This document shows positions 1 through 10,476 of a DNA stretch of 64,000 bases, piece after piece. A program made the position numbers and the translations under genes. The notes below the pieces were generated by a model. The model worked only from the letters and a program-made list of their open reading frames with translations, was not told where the DNA came from and searched no databases. Source of the DNA: Amoebophrya sp. A120 (Eukaryota > Protista > Dinoflagellata); NCBI GenBank assembly GCA_905178155.1, contig CAJINV010000017.1, positions 1,232,722-1,296,721 on the forward strand, given 5' to 3'. The number at the start of each line of letters is the position of its first letter. Positions within the stretch are counted from its first letter, which is position 1.

Positions 1-1
1 C

Positions 2-3000
2 GGCAAACCGCCGGACTCGTGGCCCGAGTACGTGATTTTTGCGGATAAAAATCCGGAATTGGCGCTGTTTTCCGGCGATGTTGAGATCAAATTCGACGTA
101 GCGACCGACCCGTCCGTCACGAGGTTCAAAGCGGTCATCGTGCGCAAGGAGCTGGAGCCGGGCGTCGCGGTTTCGGCATTTGATATCCAAGCGAACATCA
201 GATCCAGCCCCTTCCCGGAAACGGAAGTGCAAGATTTGGGAGAAACGACCGCCACGACCGGCGCGAATAAAATCTCCATCAATAACGTCGATTTCCGGAA
301 CGAAAACACCAACAACCTTTGGATTAAAGTGACCAACGGCAACGAGTTTGCGTTCTCGACGCACGGGTTTTACTTGCCGCTGAACGACGTGCACGCCTTA
401 CCGCTCCTGACGGCGAAGTTCCAGGGGGACCTCGATTCTGATATTGGCGAAGTCAGCGGGGATGTGTCTATGGCGCCTCCGAACTACGCGATGGGGTTGA
501 CGGGTTTCAAAGCGTATTTTGCGACCGCCGCGGCTGGGGCGACAACCGATGAGCTTTTCAGCCGTATCAACCTCCCGATCGTGTGTCCGCCGCAACTGTC
601 CAATGCGGACCAGAAACTCGACCCGCTGAACCAATTTGCGAAGATGCCGTGCGCGACCCCCTGGGGACCCCGGTGCCTCGGCGTGAGTTGCAGAGACATC
701 CAGATTGTGCAGGACGGGGAGACATTTTTGGTTTCCCGGTCCGCCGCTGGGGAGTACGGAAACAACGAAGAAGCTAAGATCTACTTCGCGTACGGGGGGG
801 AGTTGGAGGTGATTGCGATGGACGTGGAGTTGATGTTCGACACGTTGCTCGCGAAGTGGCGAGGCTTTTCCGGCGGCGCGGGGGCGAACCCGACGCCCGG
901 ATTGGACTTAGCTTACTTAGACGTCGGCGATAAGCTCGAAGTCGACGGGGGAACACGCGAATCCTACCTGCACTGGAAGACCGACGCGACGCTCGGGAAG
1001 TCGGGGTGGGCTCTCCGGTACCGACCGGCCTACCCGAAAGTGACGATCCCGATGGACACGAAGATGCCGGTGGGGGCGACAGGGCTCAGGATCGTCCCGG
1101 TGTACCACGGCTATGGGGAAAATCTCGGCAATGCGCCCGCAGTTCCTGCCAGCGATGAGCACCAACAGGGCGATCAAGTTGCAGCTGCGTATGACAGTAC
1201 TTCTAGCACAACCACGATGAATAATTATCTCCAGCAAGACAGCAAAAACGAGTTTGAGGGCGGGATCGCCAGTCACTACTTCACGGCGGTGGACGATTGG
1301 GTGCGGTCCGAAGCGACCTGCTTCCCGGACCGAATCCGCTGCCCCATCCCCGCGGCCTGGGCTGCCTTCCCCTATGTGCCGCCGAAACCGCAAGACAGCG
1401 CGAACGACTGTGAGATGAAGCAGGAGGACGGTGGCATTGGGGCTTACTTCGAGTTCCCAAAGGGGCAGTGCGGCGCGACGCGGACGTTTGACGTGGCCAG
1501 AGGCTTGGTGGTCGACAGTGTGTTGCTAGTCGCCAACGCCGTGGACACCATCGACCCGGTGGAGGTCGAGGAGCAGAGCCACGAATTCTCGACGGTGTTG
1601 GAGTTTTTAGACGAGCAACCAAAGCAACCCGCCGAGCTCCCGCCCGATATCACGTGCACCTGCGAGGGGCCGTTGACCGCGTCCGCGACGCTTGGGGTCT
1701 CGATCGAGGAGGCCACGGCGCCCCCGCCGGTCCAGGCGGCGGCGATCGATTTGGTGGGCAGATCGGAGATGCGGGCGTCGATGCGACTGTTTCAAGACCC
1801 GTCCTTTGTGCAGAGTCTGGATTCGGGGGACTGGGTTCCGCAGGCGACGGAACTGTTCTACATCGAGGCCGGCGTGGAGTACGTGGGGAACCACATCTCG
1901 GTGCGCTCCTGTCGCGCGGCCAGAACGGCTGCGGCGTTGATGGATACACCAGGAACGACCCCACCACCAACAACTCCAAATGACGAGCCGGTCACCATTT
2001 TGGACAACTACTGCCCAGTGGAGGTGTTCAACGTGAAATACCACGCTACGCCGACTGGAATTACCCACTTGGACAGGCTCACATTCCGGAAGTTTCGCTT
2101 CAAGGGGCAGAATGAAGTTTTTCTGCAGTGCGAGGTGGAAGCGTGTGAAGCGAAGCCCTGTGGCGCGTGCGGGTCTGCGACGCCGATAGTACAAGAGCCG
2201 GCAACATCAAATGATCCACCAGCGATGAGGACGCGTTTCAGGCGGTTCTTGGGTTTCTTGGCCGGGAACAAGGATGAAGTAGCAGCAGAAATAAAACCGA
2301 AAGAACTACACCGTTCCCTAACCGGGGCAGGTAGAACTTCTGTTGCGAGAACCGTTCCGTTTATCGTGAAGATCACTCCGGACGACAATATCGCCATGAA
2401 CTACGAGAACGAGAAAAATCAGCCAGACTGGTTGAACCAACAAGCTGGTCAACAGCAGCAAAACCCGCCAGCGCTTCCGAAGTTAGAAGCCACCTGGACC
2501 GCGCCTGCCGATCCGGAGCTGGACAACATTAACCAGCCCGGTGAAGAGCCGACGCACGACGTGATGAGTTCCCGCATGACGCTGACCGGGTTGGACCCGG
2601 CCTGGGCGGCGAAAAATGTCCGGTCTTTGGAGGACACGTTGAAGCGAACTTTAGATCTGAAGGAGGGGGAGAAGGTGCGGGTGAAGTCCGTGGGGCGGGA
2701 GCAAGTATCGTCGACGATATCTTCTAGTAGTACCAGACAGCTGCTCGTTAGTGGTGCCCCGCGTAGACTGGCTACGCCGACTGGCGGAGCGGCTGCAAAA
2801 ACAAATACAGGAAGCAGCACAACTTCGAGGACTGAAGAGGTTGTTTACCAGGACTTGAACACCTTAATCGCTAACATGCAGCCGAACGACAAGAATCTCG
2901 GTCCCGCGACACCTGTTGATGAAAACAACCGCCCGAACTGGTTTGTGAATTTAGTCGAAACGGAGAAGCAACTGCGGGAAGACCAGGGCGCGAAGACGGG

Positions 3001-5311
3001 CGGTATCGTGGTCACGAGTAAACCGGGCGTCAAGCCGGTTGAAGATACTGTGGGCGCGAATGCCGAATTGGCCGCACCAACTGCAGGAGCTGCCGCAGCT
3101 ACGGCTGCTGTTACTGCGCCGGGAGGAGCTGCTGCTGTTGAGAGCAATTTGGCCAAACCGCCTAATCCTGGGACGGAGCAAGGGGAGGTTGTCGGCGGCG
3201 CGCCTTCCCCGAGCCTCTTGTCGCGAGGAAATGGCAACGCCGTTGCACCACCAGCTTCTTCGTCGCCCTCCGCTCCGCCCGTTGAGGAGCACCAGGTCGG
3301 GATTGGGATGGGCGCTGCGTCAACAGCGCCGAAAGTAGAGCCAAGCCTGGTCGTCAACAGCAATAAACCAAATAATCGCCCACCACTTGCGACCTGGGCC
3401 CCAAAAAGCGTGCTCTTCGACACTTTGGACGATTACCAAAAAGCGATGCAGCAGTCCGCGGGACAGAAGCCGCCAGCGGATAGCGAGCCGCAGAGACCCT
3501 CCTGGTTCACCAATTTGGTGTCCACGGAAAAACAACTCCGGAAGGAAGAGGGGGGAAACCTGCGGGGAATCATCGTGACCGATCCGCCTGCTGTTGCTGG
3601 GGCGCATGACGAGAATAGAAGATTGTTGATGTCGGCACATCAGTTGGAGTTGTCTGCGAAAGCAACACACTTATCTACTCGCCGTGCAAACAGACACAAC
3701 AGATCCGGCGTCGTCCAAAAATCCCCAACTGCAGTTGCCCTGAAACGCCACTTGTTGACGGAGAATCGCAACAAGGCGCAAGCCCTCGTTGCCAGAATTA
3801 TCTCTAGTCAGCAAGTGGAAAATCAAAATGCAAACTCGCGCCGGCACATGCAAAGCCAGGGCTCTTTGGAGCAGGTCAGCATCGACTTCGAGGTGTATTT
3901 GCTGAAGTCGTCCGCGACTCCATCGGGCAGTGGGGCCGCGTCAACTTCAGCTACCTCTTCCAGCAATCGTGGTGCTTTGTTAGAAACGAAGATGTCGCTG
4001 CTGGCCTCCGGTGGCCCGACGATCACGAGCACGTTCGTCCAGACTTTGGACGAGGAGCTCACTTCTCGCGGGGAGACCCCAGTCCGGCTAGAACCAGCAC
4101 GGATCGTGTTCCGCGAGCCAGTCCGGATGACGGGGGACATGACCTTTGGGGCGACACCGAGCGAAATTCAGCAGTTGCAAAATGCGCAAATAATTGCGGC
4201 GAGTGGCACTGCGACAACGGGTAGTTCCTCCGAAGAGGAATCTTCGTCGGGCGGGGGCGCGAAGTCCAGCATTTTCGGCTTCATCGACGACATCACAGCG
4301 TTCATCATCATGGGCGCAGTCGCGGGCGCGTTCGCAATTCTCTTCGTCTTCGCGGTTTGCTACAGAAAAGGGCCGTCTTCTGGCGTCAGTACGGAAATAG
4401 CGAAAGATGACGCTGAAAATCAAACCCCATCGAAACCGCAGAAAGGTCGTGGCATGGTTGCGCCAGAGTTGGCGAAGAATCTGCAAGAGAAACTCCGGAA
4501 GCACTCGGTCGTGAGTTCGGCTGGTGATGCCAGTACCAAAGCCGCGTCTAGTGTCGACGATGGGACGAGCACGGAGTCAATTCCTACGACGCCGGGAACT
4601 TCCAAGGAAAAGCAAAAAGCTTCTAGTTCCTCTATTTCAAAGCGATCTGCAAATAAAATCGCGAAGGACCTCAATGTGAACTTAACGAGGCTGAAGTTTG
4701 AGGAGGACGAAAACTTCAGTAATAAACCGCTGAACCCCACCACCGCGTTACCAGGCGTCTCCCCGAAGGTGAAACTCACGTTAACCAACGAATCTGGTGC
4801 GCATCTGGTCATCGAATCAGACGAAATCGACGAAACCCTGCAGTCGAAGGAGTTGCAGAGGGTCGTGCGGAGGTTTTCGAGTAACACGGTCCCGGGTTTA
4901 GTACCAAACAGCCGGGGTTTGAAAAGGAGTTTAACAGGGTCCTCGTCCGGAAGAACCGTTAGCCCTGGGGATGTCGAATTCTCGGGAGACGATGGCACCG
5001 CGTCGGTTGCGTCAAAGCAAACCTTCGCTTCTGCGGTGTCCACCTCGACAAATCGCAGAGCACAAATGAAGTCGCTGGGAAAGATCAGCGACTACGCGCC
5101 GACAAGTTTGAGCTCCTTCAACACGAATAAAACTTCGCCCGGGGGGAAGAAAAAGTCATCATCTACTACGGGCTCGACCTCAAGCAGGAAAATCTCTTCG
5201 GCGGTAAGTTCCTCTCCAACGAATTATGCAGGTGGTGGTAATCAGTCCACGAGAACGCCGACCTCAAATTCCTCGAACGAGTCGTCGACCAGATATGGCG
5301 GGAAGCGATGA
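2..5311 (+). CDS. Large type-I membrane/cell-surface protein with CUB-like segment, zona pellucida (ZP) module, split SEA-like domain and one TM helix; 5'-truncated
   Basis: Frame is open from base 2. CUB-like end YLHWKTDATLGKSGWALRY (~965-1020). ZP-N-like CEMKQ..FEFPKGQCGAT..ITCTC (~1408-1665). ZP-C-like MRLFQDPSF..LFYIEA..VRSCRA..ILDNYCP..RLTFRKFRFKGQNEVFLQCEVEAC..C..C (~1769-2175). TM ITAFIIMGAVAGAFAILFVFAVCY (~4291-4362), followed by RK and a S/T/K-rich tail. Confidence 0.8.
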   Translation, partial: GKPPDSWPEYVIFADKNPELALFSGDVEIKFDVATDPSVTRFKAVIVRKELEPGVAVSAFDIQANIRSSPFPETEVQDLGETTATTGANKISINNVDFRNENTNNLWIKVTNGNEFAFSTHGFYLPLNDVHALPLLTAKFQGDLDSDIGEVSGDVSMAPPNYAMGLTGFKAYFATAAAGATTDELFSRINLPIVCPPQLSNADQKLDPLNQFAKMPCATPWGPRCLGVSCRDIQIVQDGETFLVSRSAAGEYGNNEEAKIYFAYGGELEVIAMDVELMFDTLLAKWRGFSGGAGANPTPGLDLAYLDVGDKLEVDGGTRESYLHWKTDATLGKSGWALRYRPAYPKVTIPMDTKMPVGATGLRIVPVYHGYGENLGNAPAVPASDEHQQGDQVAAAYDSTSSTTTMNNYLQQDSKNEFEGGIASHYFTAVDDWVRSEATCFPDRIRCPIPAAWAAFPYVPPKPQDSANDCEMKQEDGGIGAYFEFPKGQCGATRTFDVARGLVVDSVLLVANAVDTIDPVEVEEQSHEFSTVLEFLDEQPKQPAELPPDITCTCEGPLTASATLGVSIEEATAPPPVQAAAIDLVGRSEMRASMRLFQDPSFVQSLDSGDWVPQATELFYIEAGVEYVGNHISVRSCRAARTAAALMDTPGTTPPPTTPNDEPVTILDNYCPVEVFNVKYHATPTGITHLDRLTFRKFRFKGQNEVFLQCEVEACEAKPCGACGSATPIVQEPATSNDPPAMRTRFRRFLGFLAGNKDEVAAEIKPKELHRSLTGAGRTSVARTVPFIVKITPDDNIAMNYENEKNQPDWLNQQAGQQQQNPPALPKLEATWTAPADPELDNINQPGEEPTHDVMSSRMTLTGLDPAWAAKNVRSLEDTLKRTLDLKEGEKVRVKSVGREQVSSTISSSSTRQLLVSGAPRRLATPTGGAAAKTNTGSSTTSRTEEVVYQDLNTLIANMQPNDKNLGPATPVDENNRPNWFVNLVETEKQLREDQGAKTGGIVVTSKPGVKPVEDTVGANAELAAPTAGAAAATAAVTAPGGAAAVESNLAKPPNPGTEQGEVVGGAPSPSLLSRGNGNAVAPPASSSPSAPPVEEHQVGIGMGAASTAPKVEPSLVVNSNKPNNRPPLATWAPKSVLFDTLDDYQKAMQQSAGQKPPADSEPQRPSWFTNLVSTEKQLRKEEGGNLRGIIVTDPPAVAGAHDENRRLLMSAHQLELSAKATHLSTRRANRHNRSGVVQKSPTAVALKRHLLTENRNKAQALVARIISSQQVENQNANSRRHMQSQGSLEQVSIDFEVYLLKSSATPSGSGAASTSATSSSNRGALLETKMSLLASGGPTITSTFVQTLDEELTSRGETPVRLEPARIVFREPVRMTGDMTFGATPSEIQQLQNAQIIAASGTATTGSSSEEESSSGGGAKSSIFGFIDDITAFIIMGAVAGAFAILFVFAVCYRKGPSSGVSTEIAKDDAENQTPSKPQKGRGMVAPELAKNLQEKLRKHSVVSSAGDASTKAASSVDDGTSTESIPTTPGTSKEKQKASSSSISKRSANKIAKDLNVNLTRLKFEEDENFSNKPLNPTTALPGVSPKVKLTLTNESGAHLVIESDEIDETLQSKELQRVVRRFSSNTVPGLVPNSRGLKRSLTGSSSGRTVSPGDVEFSGDDGTASVASKQTFASAVSTSTNRRAQMKSLGKISDYAPTSLSSFNTNKTSPGGKKKSSSTTGSTSSRKISSAVSSSPTNYAGGGNQSTRTPTSNSSNESSTRYGGKR

Positions 5312-6699
5312 GTATGCTGATGCCGTGCAGGCAATTGTATTGGAGCTTCGACTTTTCATCTGAAACAAACAACCAAAACCATACTCAAACTAATGCATCT
5401 ACCCGACGCTGAAAGAAGCGTTAGGAGTCATCCCAGCAGTCCTTTGAGAACCTCATGCTGAACCAAGCATCGGTGGTCGAGCATGCCTGTACATCCATTC
5501 TTGGCTTTTTCAAGACATAAGACATGCTTCGTCGATTGTAAAACTTCTTACTGGGCCCGATAAACGAAGAATGATCCCCATGTTACCCACCACGACTCTG
5601 CTAAAGCAACTCTTCTGAAATAAGCAACGACGGAAATATTAATGGTTGCATGCGTGATGTGCATGCCAGAGCTTTTGATCTTCTTCTTTCCCCAAACGAA
5701 GAACTTCCGGAACTCTTCATATGAGCAACCTAAAGGAGAAGTAGAGCCGGGATTTCATCTTGCCAATGGTTTTCCTACGTGTGGCCATGGTCTAAGTACT
5801 TCTTACAGTTGTTTTCTCCACTACACAACCTTTTCTCCAAAAATTCCGCCTTTTCGGTGACTAGTTTTATCAGTCCGAAGCTTGTCAGTACAGTTGTTGA
5901 AAAACAAAAATGTCTACAGCTCCGTAGTACAAAAAGAAAACTTGTCTTTCTAGCATTAGAGCTTGCTATTGTACCATAATTTTCGTCTGAATGAGTTCTT
6001 GAAGATCTTCCTCTTCCGAACAGGTGGAGGAAGATGCTATTTGATCTATCTGAGTCAGTGTCAGATAACCTGCCAACATAACGGTAATTACTTGTACAAG
6101 ACTTTCGTGAGATATCGAACTGAGTACTTTGATAGGAAGAATGAATAGCTTGCTTCTTGTAGTCCATCTTGTCGCCCACCAGCATGGTAGAACTTGAACT
6201 ATTATTTTCCACGCGTGTTCTGCAAAAGAAAGTGGAAGAGGAGCAGACGCAGACCAAGATCATTGTCGGTTACCGCTCTCACAAGCAGTCTCGCGCAGTA
6301 AAAGCGGGGCGCCCTTCTAGGTCCTACGCAAAGGTCTCGGGGTCTATAATGGCCAGACAAAATTTTCTTAAGTGAGTTGGGGTTGGCACATTGTCACCAG
6401 CATCGTGAATGGGCTCGGCGGGATTGAAAAAGAAAAACATCGTCATGACCACTTTCGCCCGCCTGCACCTTACAGAAAAAGGATGAGCCCACGTGGACCC
6501 CTGGTAGTTCTAGTAAGCATGTCCCTCTCTTTTGTTCTTGATAGAACCGTTCTCATCTGAGGCAGTACTTAACAGTATCGAAACGACCAGTTTTTTATTT
6601 TTCCTTTGTTGGTGGAGACCACGACTTTACAACATTAAAGATAGTTAGAGCACAGCTGCTACAGCTTCACCCATCGCGCAGCGTGCGAGGAACTTTTTC

Positions 6700-6969
6700 A
6701 TGGGCTGTCTTGCAGCAAAGCCGCAACAAGGTGACGAAGGTAGTCCTTCTGCCACAACTGGTGCCGCGCCCCTCGTGACCGCGCCGCCCGGTCCAGCTGC
6801 CGCAACGTATTCGTATTCGCAGCAGCAACAGGATGCGACGGTAAAAATCCAGGCGCGCGCAAGAGGTGTGCAGGCGAGAAGGCAAGCCGCGCGGGAAAAG
6901 GGAAGGCGAGCTGCGGCGGAGAACAGACAGAGAGGAAATGCTGAAGCTTTTGTCACCAACTTTCTGTAG
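6700..6969 (+). CDS. Small protein (89 aa) with N-terminal MGC acylation motif and IQ calmodulin-binding motif
   Basis: ATG start MGCLAAK (Gly2/Cys3). ATVKIQARARGVQARR fits IQxxxRGxxxR. The ORF is GC-rich inside AT-richer flanks. Confidence 0.65.
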   Translation: MGCLAAKPQQGDEGSPSATTGAAPLVTAPPGPAAATYSYSQQQQDATVKIQARARGVQARRQAAREKGRRAAAENRQRGNAEAFVTNFL

Positions 6970-7759
6970 ATGACGGATCAGATGACGAAGTAGATTAACT
7001 ATACAACAAAGAGAACATCAGATGTAAAAGAGAGGTGCTGAATGCGATGAATGGAACAGAGAACGAGAAGATCTGTTTCACGACTGCTGCTAGCGATTAC
7101 ATCTTCACGTTGGCGATGCAGATCCTGCTCCCTATGTCGTACATTTTCAACTGAGGCGTTCTTGCGGATCTTCTACTTCTTCAACAAGAAAACCAGCACA
7201 GTTCAATATCATTGTTCCGCCATGATGTTGATGCATTACTAGCGAATCTGCGTCCGCCGTATGATCCACTACGGAAAACAAGATCCACCTGGTTACGTTC
7301 TTTCTGTTCCAGCGCGGTGAGATCTGATGCAGTTAAGTAGTTGTCATGATTGTCGAACAGCATACTTACCCTTGGTAAGTGATCAATGCGGCGCTGTCAA
7401 TCACGCTTACCTGTTCCATTCTGTGCTGCTCGTCAAAGATGAAGTCGCGTCTGACGAAAGCATCAAACTTGGTCTTTTTCTTCCGTGTGAGGAAGTATAT
7501 GTAGTGCATAAGTGCTGTAAGTCCTCGTTGATGTGCATGTACATTTGATTACCTGAGCCTCGTTCACGTCCAGCCCTGTGCCTTCCTGGTGTTTTTTTGA
7601 GATCATTACCTGTAGTTCCACCTACGACATTTTTCATTCCACAAGGCGGCCTGAGGTAGGAAGTACTAGGAAATTCGAGCAGTCATCGTCATCCTCTCGA
7701 GAAAGCGATCACAGGCGACCACAATAGACACTCTGAATCGGACGAAAGCGAAAAAAATC

Positions 7760-9775
7760 ATGTCTCAATGGTTTGTGTATGGTTCGGAGCCGCCGGCTTT
7801 GAAAGTACAATTCGGAAAATCCGACCGTGTGCGACGAATCCTGAGCGAGTATTTCCAGAGCCACTGGGACTACAACAATGTCAGCACCACGGACCCGAAA
7901 GACACAACCTTCTACCTCTACGGAGTCGGGCGACGCAAATATCCGGAGTTCCGCGGGTTCCCGCTGTCTCTCAGACCCGATAGGGCGTTTCTGGACACAG
8001 CCGATCACGATCTCAACAACGGCGCTGGCGTTAATACGAGCAAGAAAAATACAAACGGACGAACGCTTGCGCAGCAGCAACAGAGAAGCTCGAGTGGGAA
8101 AGGGAGGAGTAATTCAAGAAATGGTAATGGAAGCCACCATGGAGGAGGTCGGGGTGCTTCTAATGCTCGGCAGCCGCAGCGCAGCACCGCGGCGGGCCCC
8201 TCGACCGCGTTCCTGCTTCCCGAGGAACTCTATGCGAGATGGGATCGGCCGGTGAAGTGGTCTCTGTATGACCACAGCAGAAAGGACGTCGGCAGAGATG
8301 GCGAGGAGGGCGTTTTGCTTATGTCGTCGACGAACGAAACGGCGTTCGTGGAAGACGCAATATGGCCGAGTGGGAATGAGCTGCGAGTGACCTACTACAA
8401 ACCAAAAGCCACGGGGGTGCCGCAAGGACGAGAGGAGAAGCTGAGCAGATATTTGAGCAGTATAGAACAAGAACAAATGTTTGCATTTTATTCACACAGC
8501 TCAAACAACCACAAAAGCACGCCCGTGTTCACAGACCACCTCCAACCGCTTCTTTCATCGACGTTAGATTGTCGTGACTGATAAAGTTTTAAGGTAGACC
8601 AGCCACATAGATATGATGAAGCATGCAGCTGCGTTGTACGAACTTACCAGGAACAAAACGTCAGCATCATGACTGCAGTTTTTACTTCCTCAGGAAGATT
8701 CTACCTGAACAAAAGCAAAACCTATCCTTTACCTCCAGATGTCCTCCGACACAAGGCGGGGAGTATGGGGCTCAACATTCGCCCCGACGGCTATGTCTCC
8801 GTGGAAGACATTTTCTGGCACAAGCAGGTCAGGAAACAATTCTGGCCCCCACTAACACCAATCGAGATTGACTGGCTGGTGAAAGCGAACCAGAAGCAGC
8901 GATTTCAATTGGAACTTTTCGAGTACCCGGGCATGATGATTCGCTGCACGCAGGGCCACTCGGTCGCGCAGGTCACCGTGGAGCAGTCCTGTCAGGAGAT
9001 AACGTCCGTCGAAGAGTATTTCGCGATCACGGGAACAAAGCCGAGAATGAATAATTTTGGCACTACAAGCGGAGCGGCTGCAGCAAGTGCGGGGGGAGCG
9101 GGTGCGGGGAGCTGCGCCGTAGTGGGAAAAACTAGGACCAGTACCAGCAGCAGTTTCCAACCACCACGAATTCACACTCGAAACGGCATGGTCAACTCGT
9201 TCGGCGTTTGCACGGCACCGAGCGATAGCGTGCGAGGAGAGATACACATGCGCCAGCAAGTGATTCGACGTGGTTTGCAGGAGCAGCGGGAAACTGATAG
9301 GCTGCAGCTTCAAGAAGAAAATCAAAATACTAAAAGTGCTAAATCAAGGCAAAAAGATCAGAAGAGATCCTCTAGAAGCAACCCCCCCGCCACCGTTATC
9401 CACGGGACGTACGAGGCATGCCTGAAGCAAATACTGGAGTCAGGCGGGTTGAAAACGATGGGAAGAAACGAGATCCACTTTTCGAGCCAAGTGCCCTCCG
9501 TGGAGGAGAACACGATGGTGGTTTCTGGGATGCGTGGAGACTGCGATTTGGTGATAGAGGTCGACCTTGCCAGGTGTTTACGGCATGAGGTAAAGTTCTT
9601 CTACGCCCAGAATGGGGTCATTCTCTCGAAAGGCAGGCGGGACAGCGGGATTCTCTGTACAGCGTTTTTTTCGAACGTTTACCTGAGGTCGGAGGGGCCG
9701 CAAAACCCGCACTGGCGATGGAAAGCGTATCAGTGGGATCAGGAAAGAAAAAGATTGGAGAATAGGCTGGGGTGA
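7760..9775 (+). CDS. TPT1: tRNA/RNA 2'-phosphotransferase (Tpt1/KptA family) with N-terminal extension; exons 7760-8459 and 8739-9775
   Basis: GT-AG intron 8460-8738 joins two ORFs and rebuilds the family N-terminal motif KLSRYLS-N-VLRH. Further motifs: GLNIRPDGYV, KQRFQL, IRCTQGHS, HGT, GLKTMGRNEIHF, SGMRGDCDLVIEVD, NGVILSKG. The Arg-His-Arg-Arg catalytic tetrad is present. Confidence 0.92.
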
Positions 9776-10476
9776 CGACGAAAAGACGACTATAAGTACT
9801 TTCTTTGTCATCAAGTGCTAATAGACTAAGCTGGTTGAACATCGCGCTGTTGGTGTTGGTCCCCTCATCATCGAGACATGCACGTGCTTCCTCCGCCACT
9901 GTTGTTGTGACAGATAGCTCTTTACACGGATGCGTACCTTCTAAGTACTCATGGGCATCTGTCACGACCTATTCCGGATCTGACCCATGATGGCCGCATT
10001 GCGCATGATTTTTGTGCGCCACGAATGAAAGGAAAAACCTGCCGCGTCCATACGACGCGCGTGAGGAGGACTGATTCCGTCCATGCGCGCACGATCATTA
10101 GTTCCGATGTTGTTTTTTCCCGCCGACCACCGAGCTGCAAACAGAGTGAGGACTTATAGCTGTTCCTAAAGAAGTACTTCTACTTTCCAAAAGAAGGAGC
10201 AGGAGGGAAAAAACGAAATAGCAAAAGGTTGAGCATTTTTGAACACCTGTTGTAGTTGAGAGTGATGTAATTTCATGCTTCCCTGCTTCCGGGTAGTTTC
10301 AACAAGTGAAGGTGAAAAGTTGAACTTTTAAATCTATGCCACTACAACCGAAGAGGTTCATGTAGTCGGTACAACAAGCGATAGGCGTACTCGTACCGTC
10401 GTGGTGAAGGAAACTAGGCCTCACCGTAGTTGGTTCTTTGTCTCTTCTTCCTGCCAGGAAAGTGAAAAGCAAGAAG

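Noticed and set aside
398-5372. Many short ORFs overlapping the long + strand CDSs (here and throughout the window)
   Set aside because: Shadow frames of GC-rich coding sequence with no motifs.
7362-7520. atacttacc resembling the 5' end of U1 snRNA
   Set aside because: It is half of a small hairpin (acttacc-ctt-ggtaagt); no U1 stem-loop II (UUGCAC loop) or Sm site follows.
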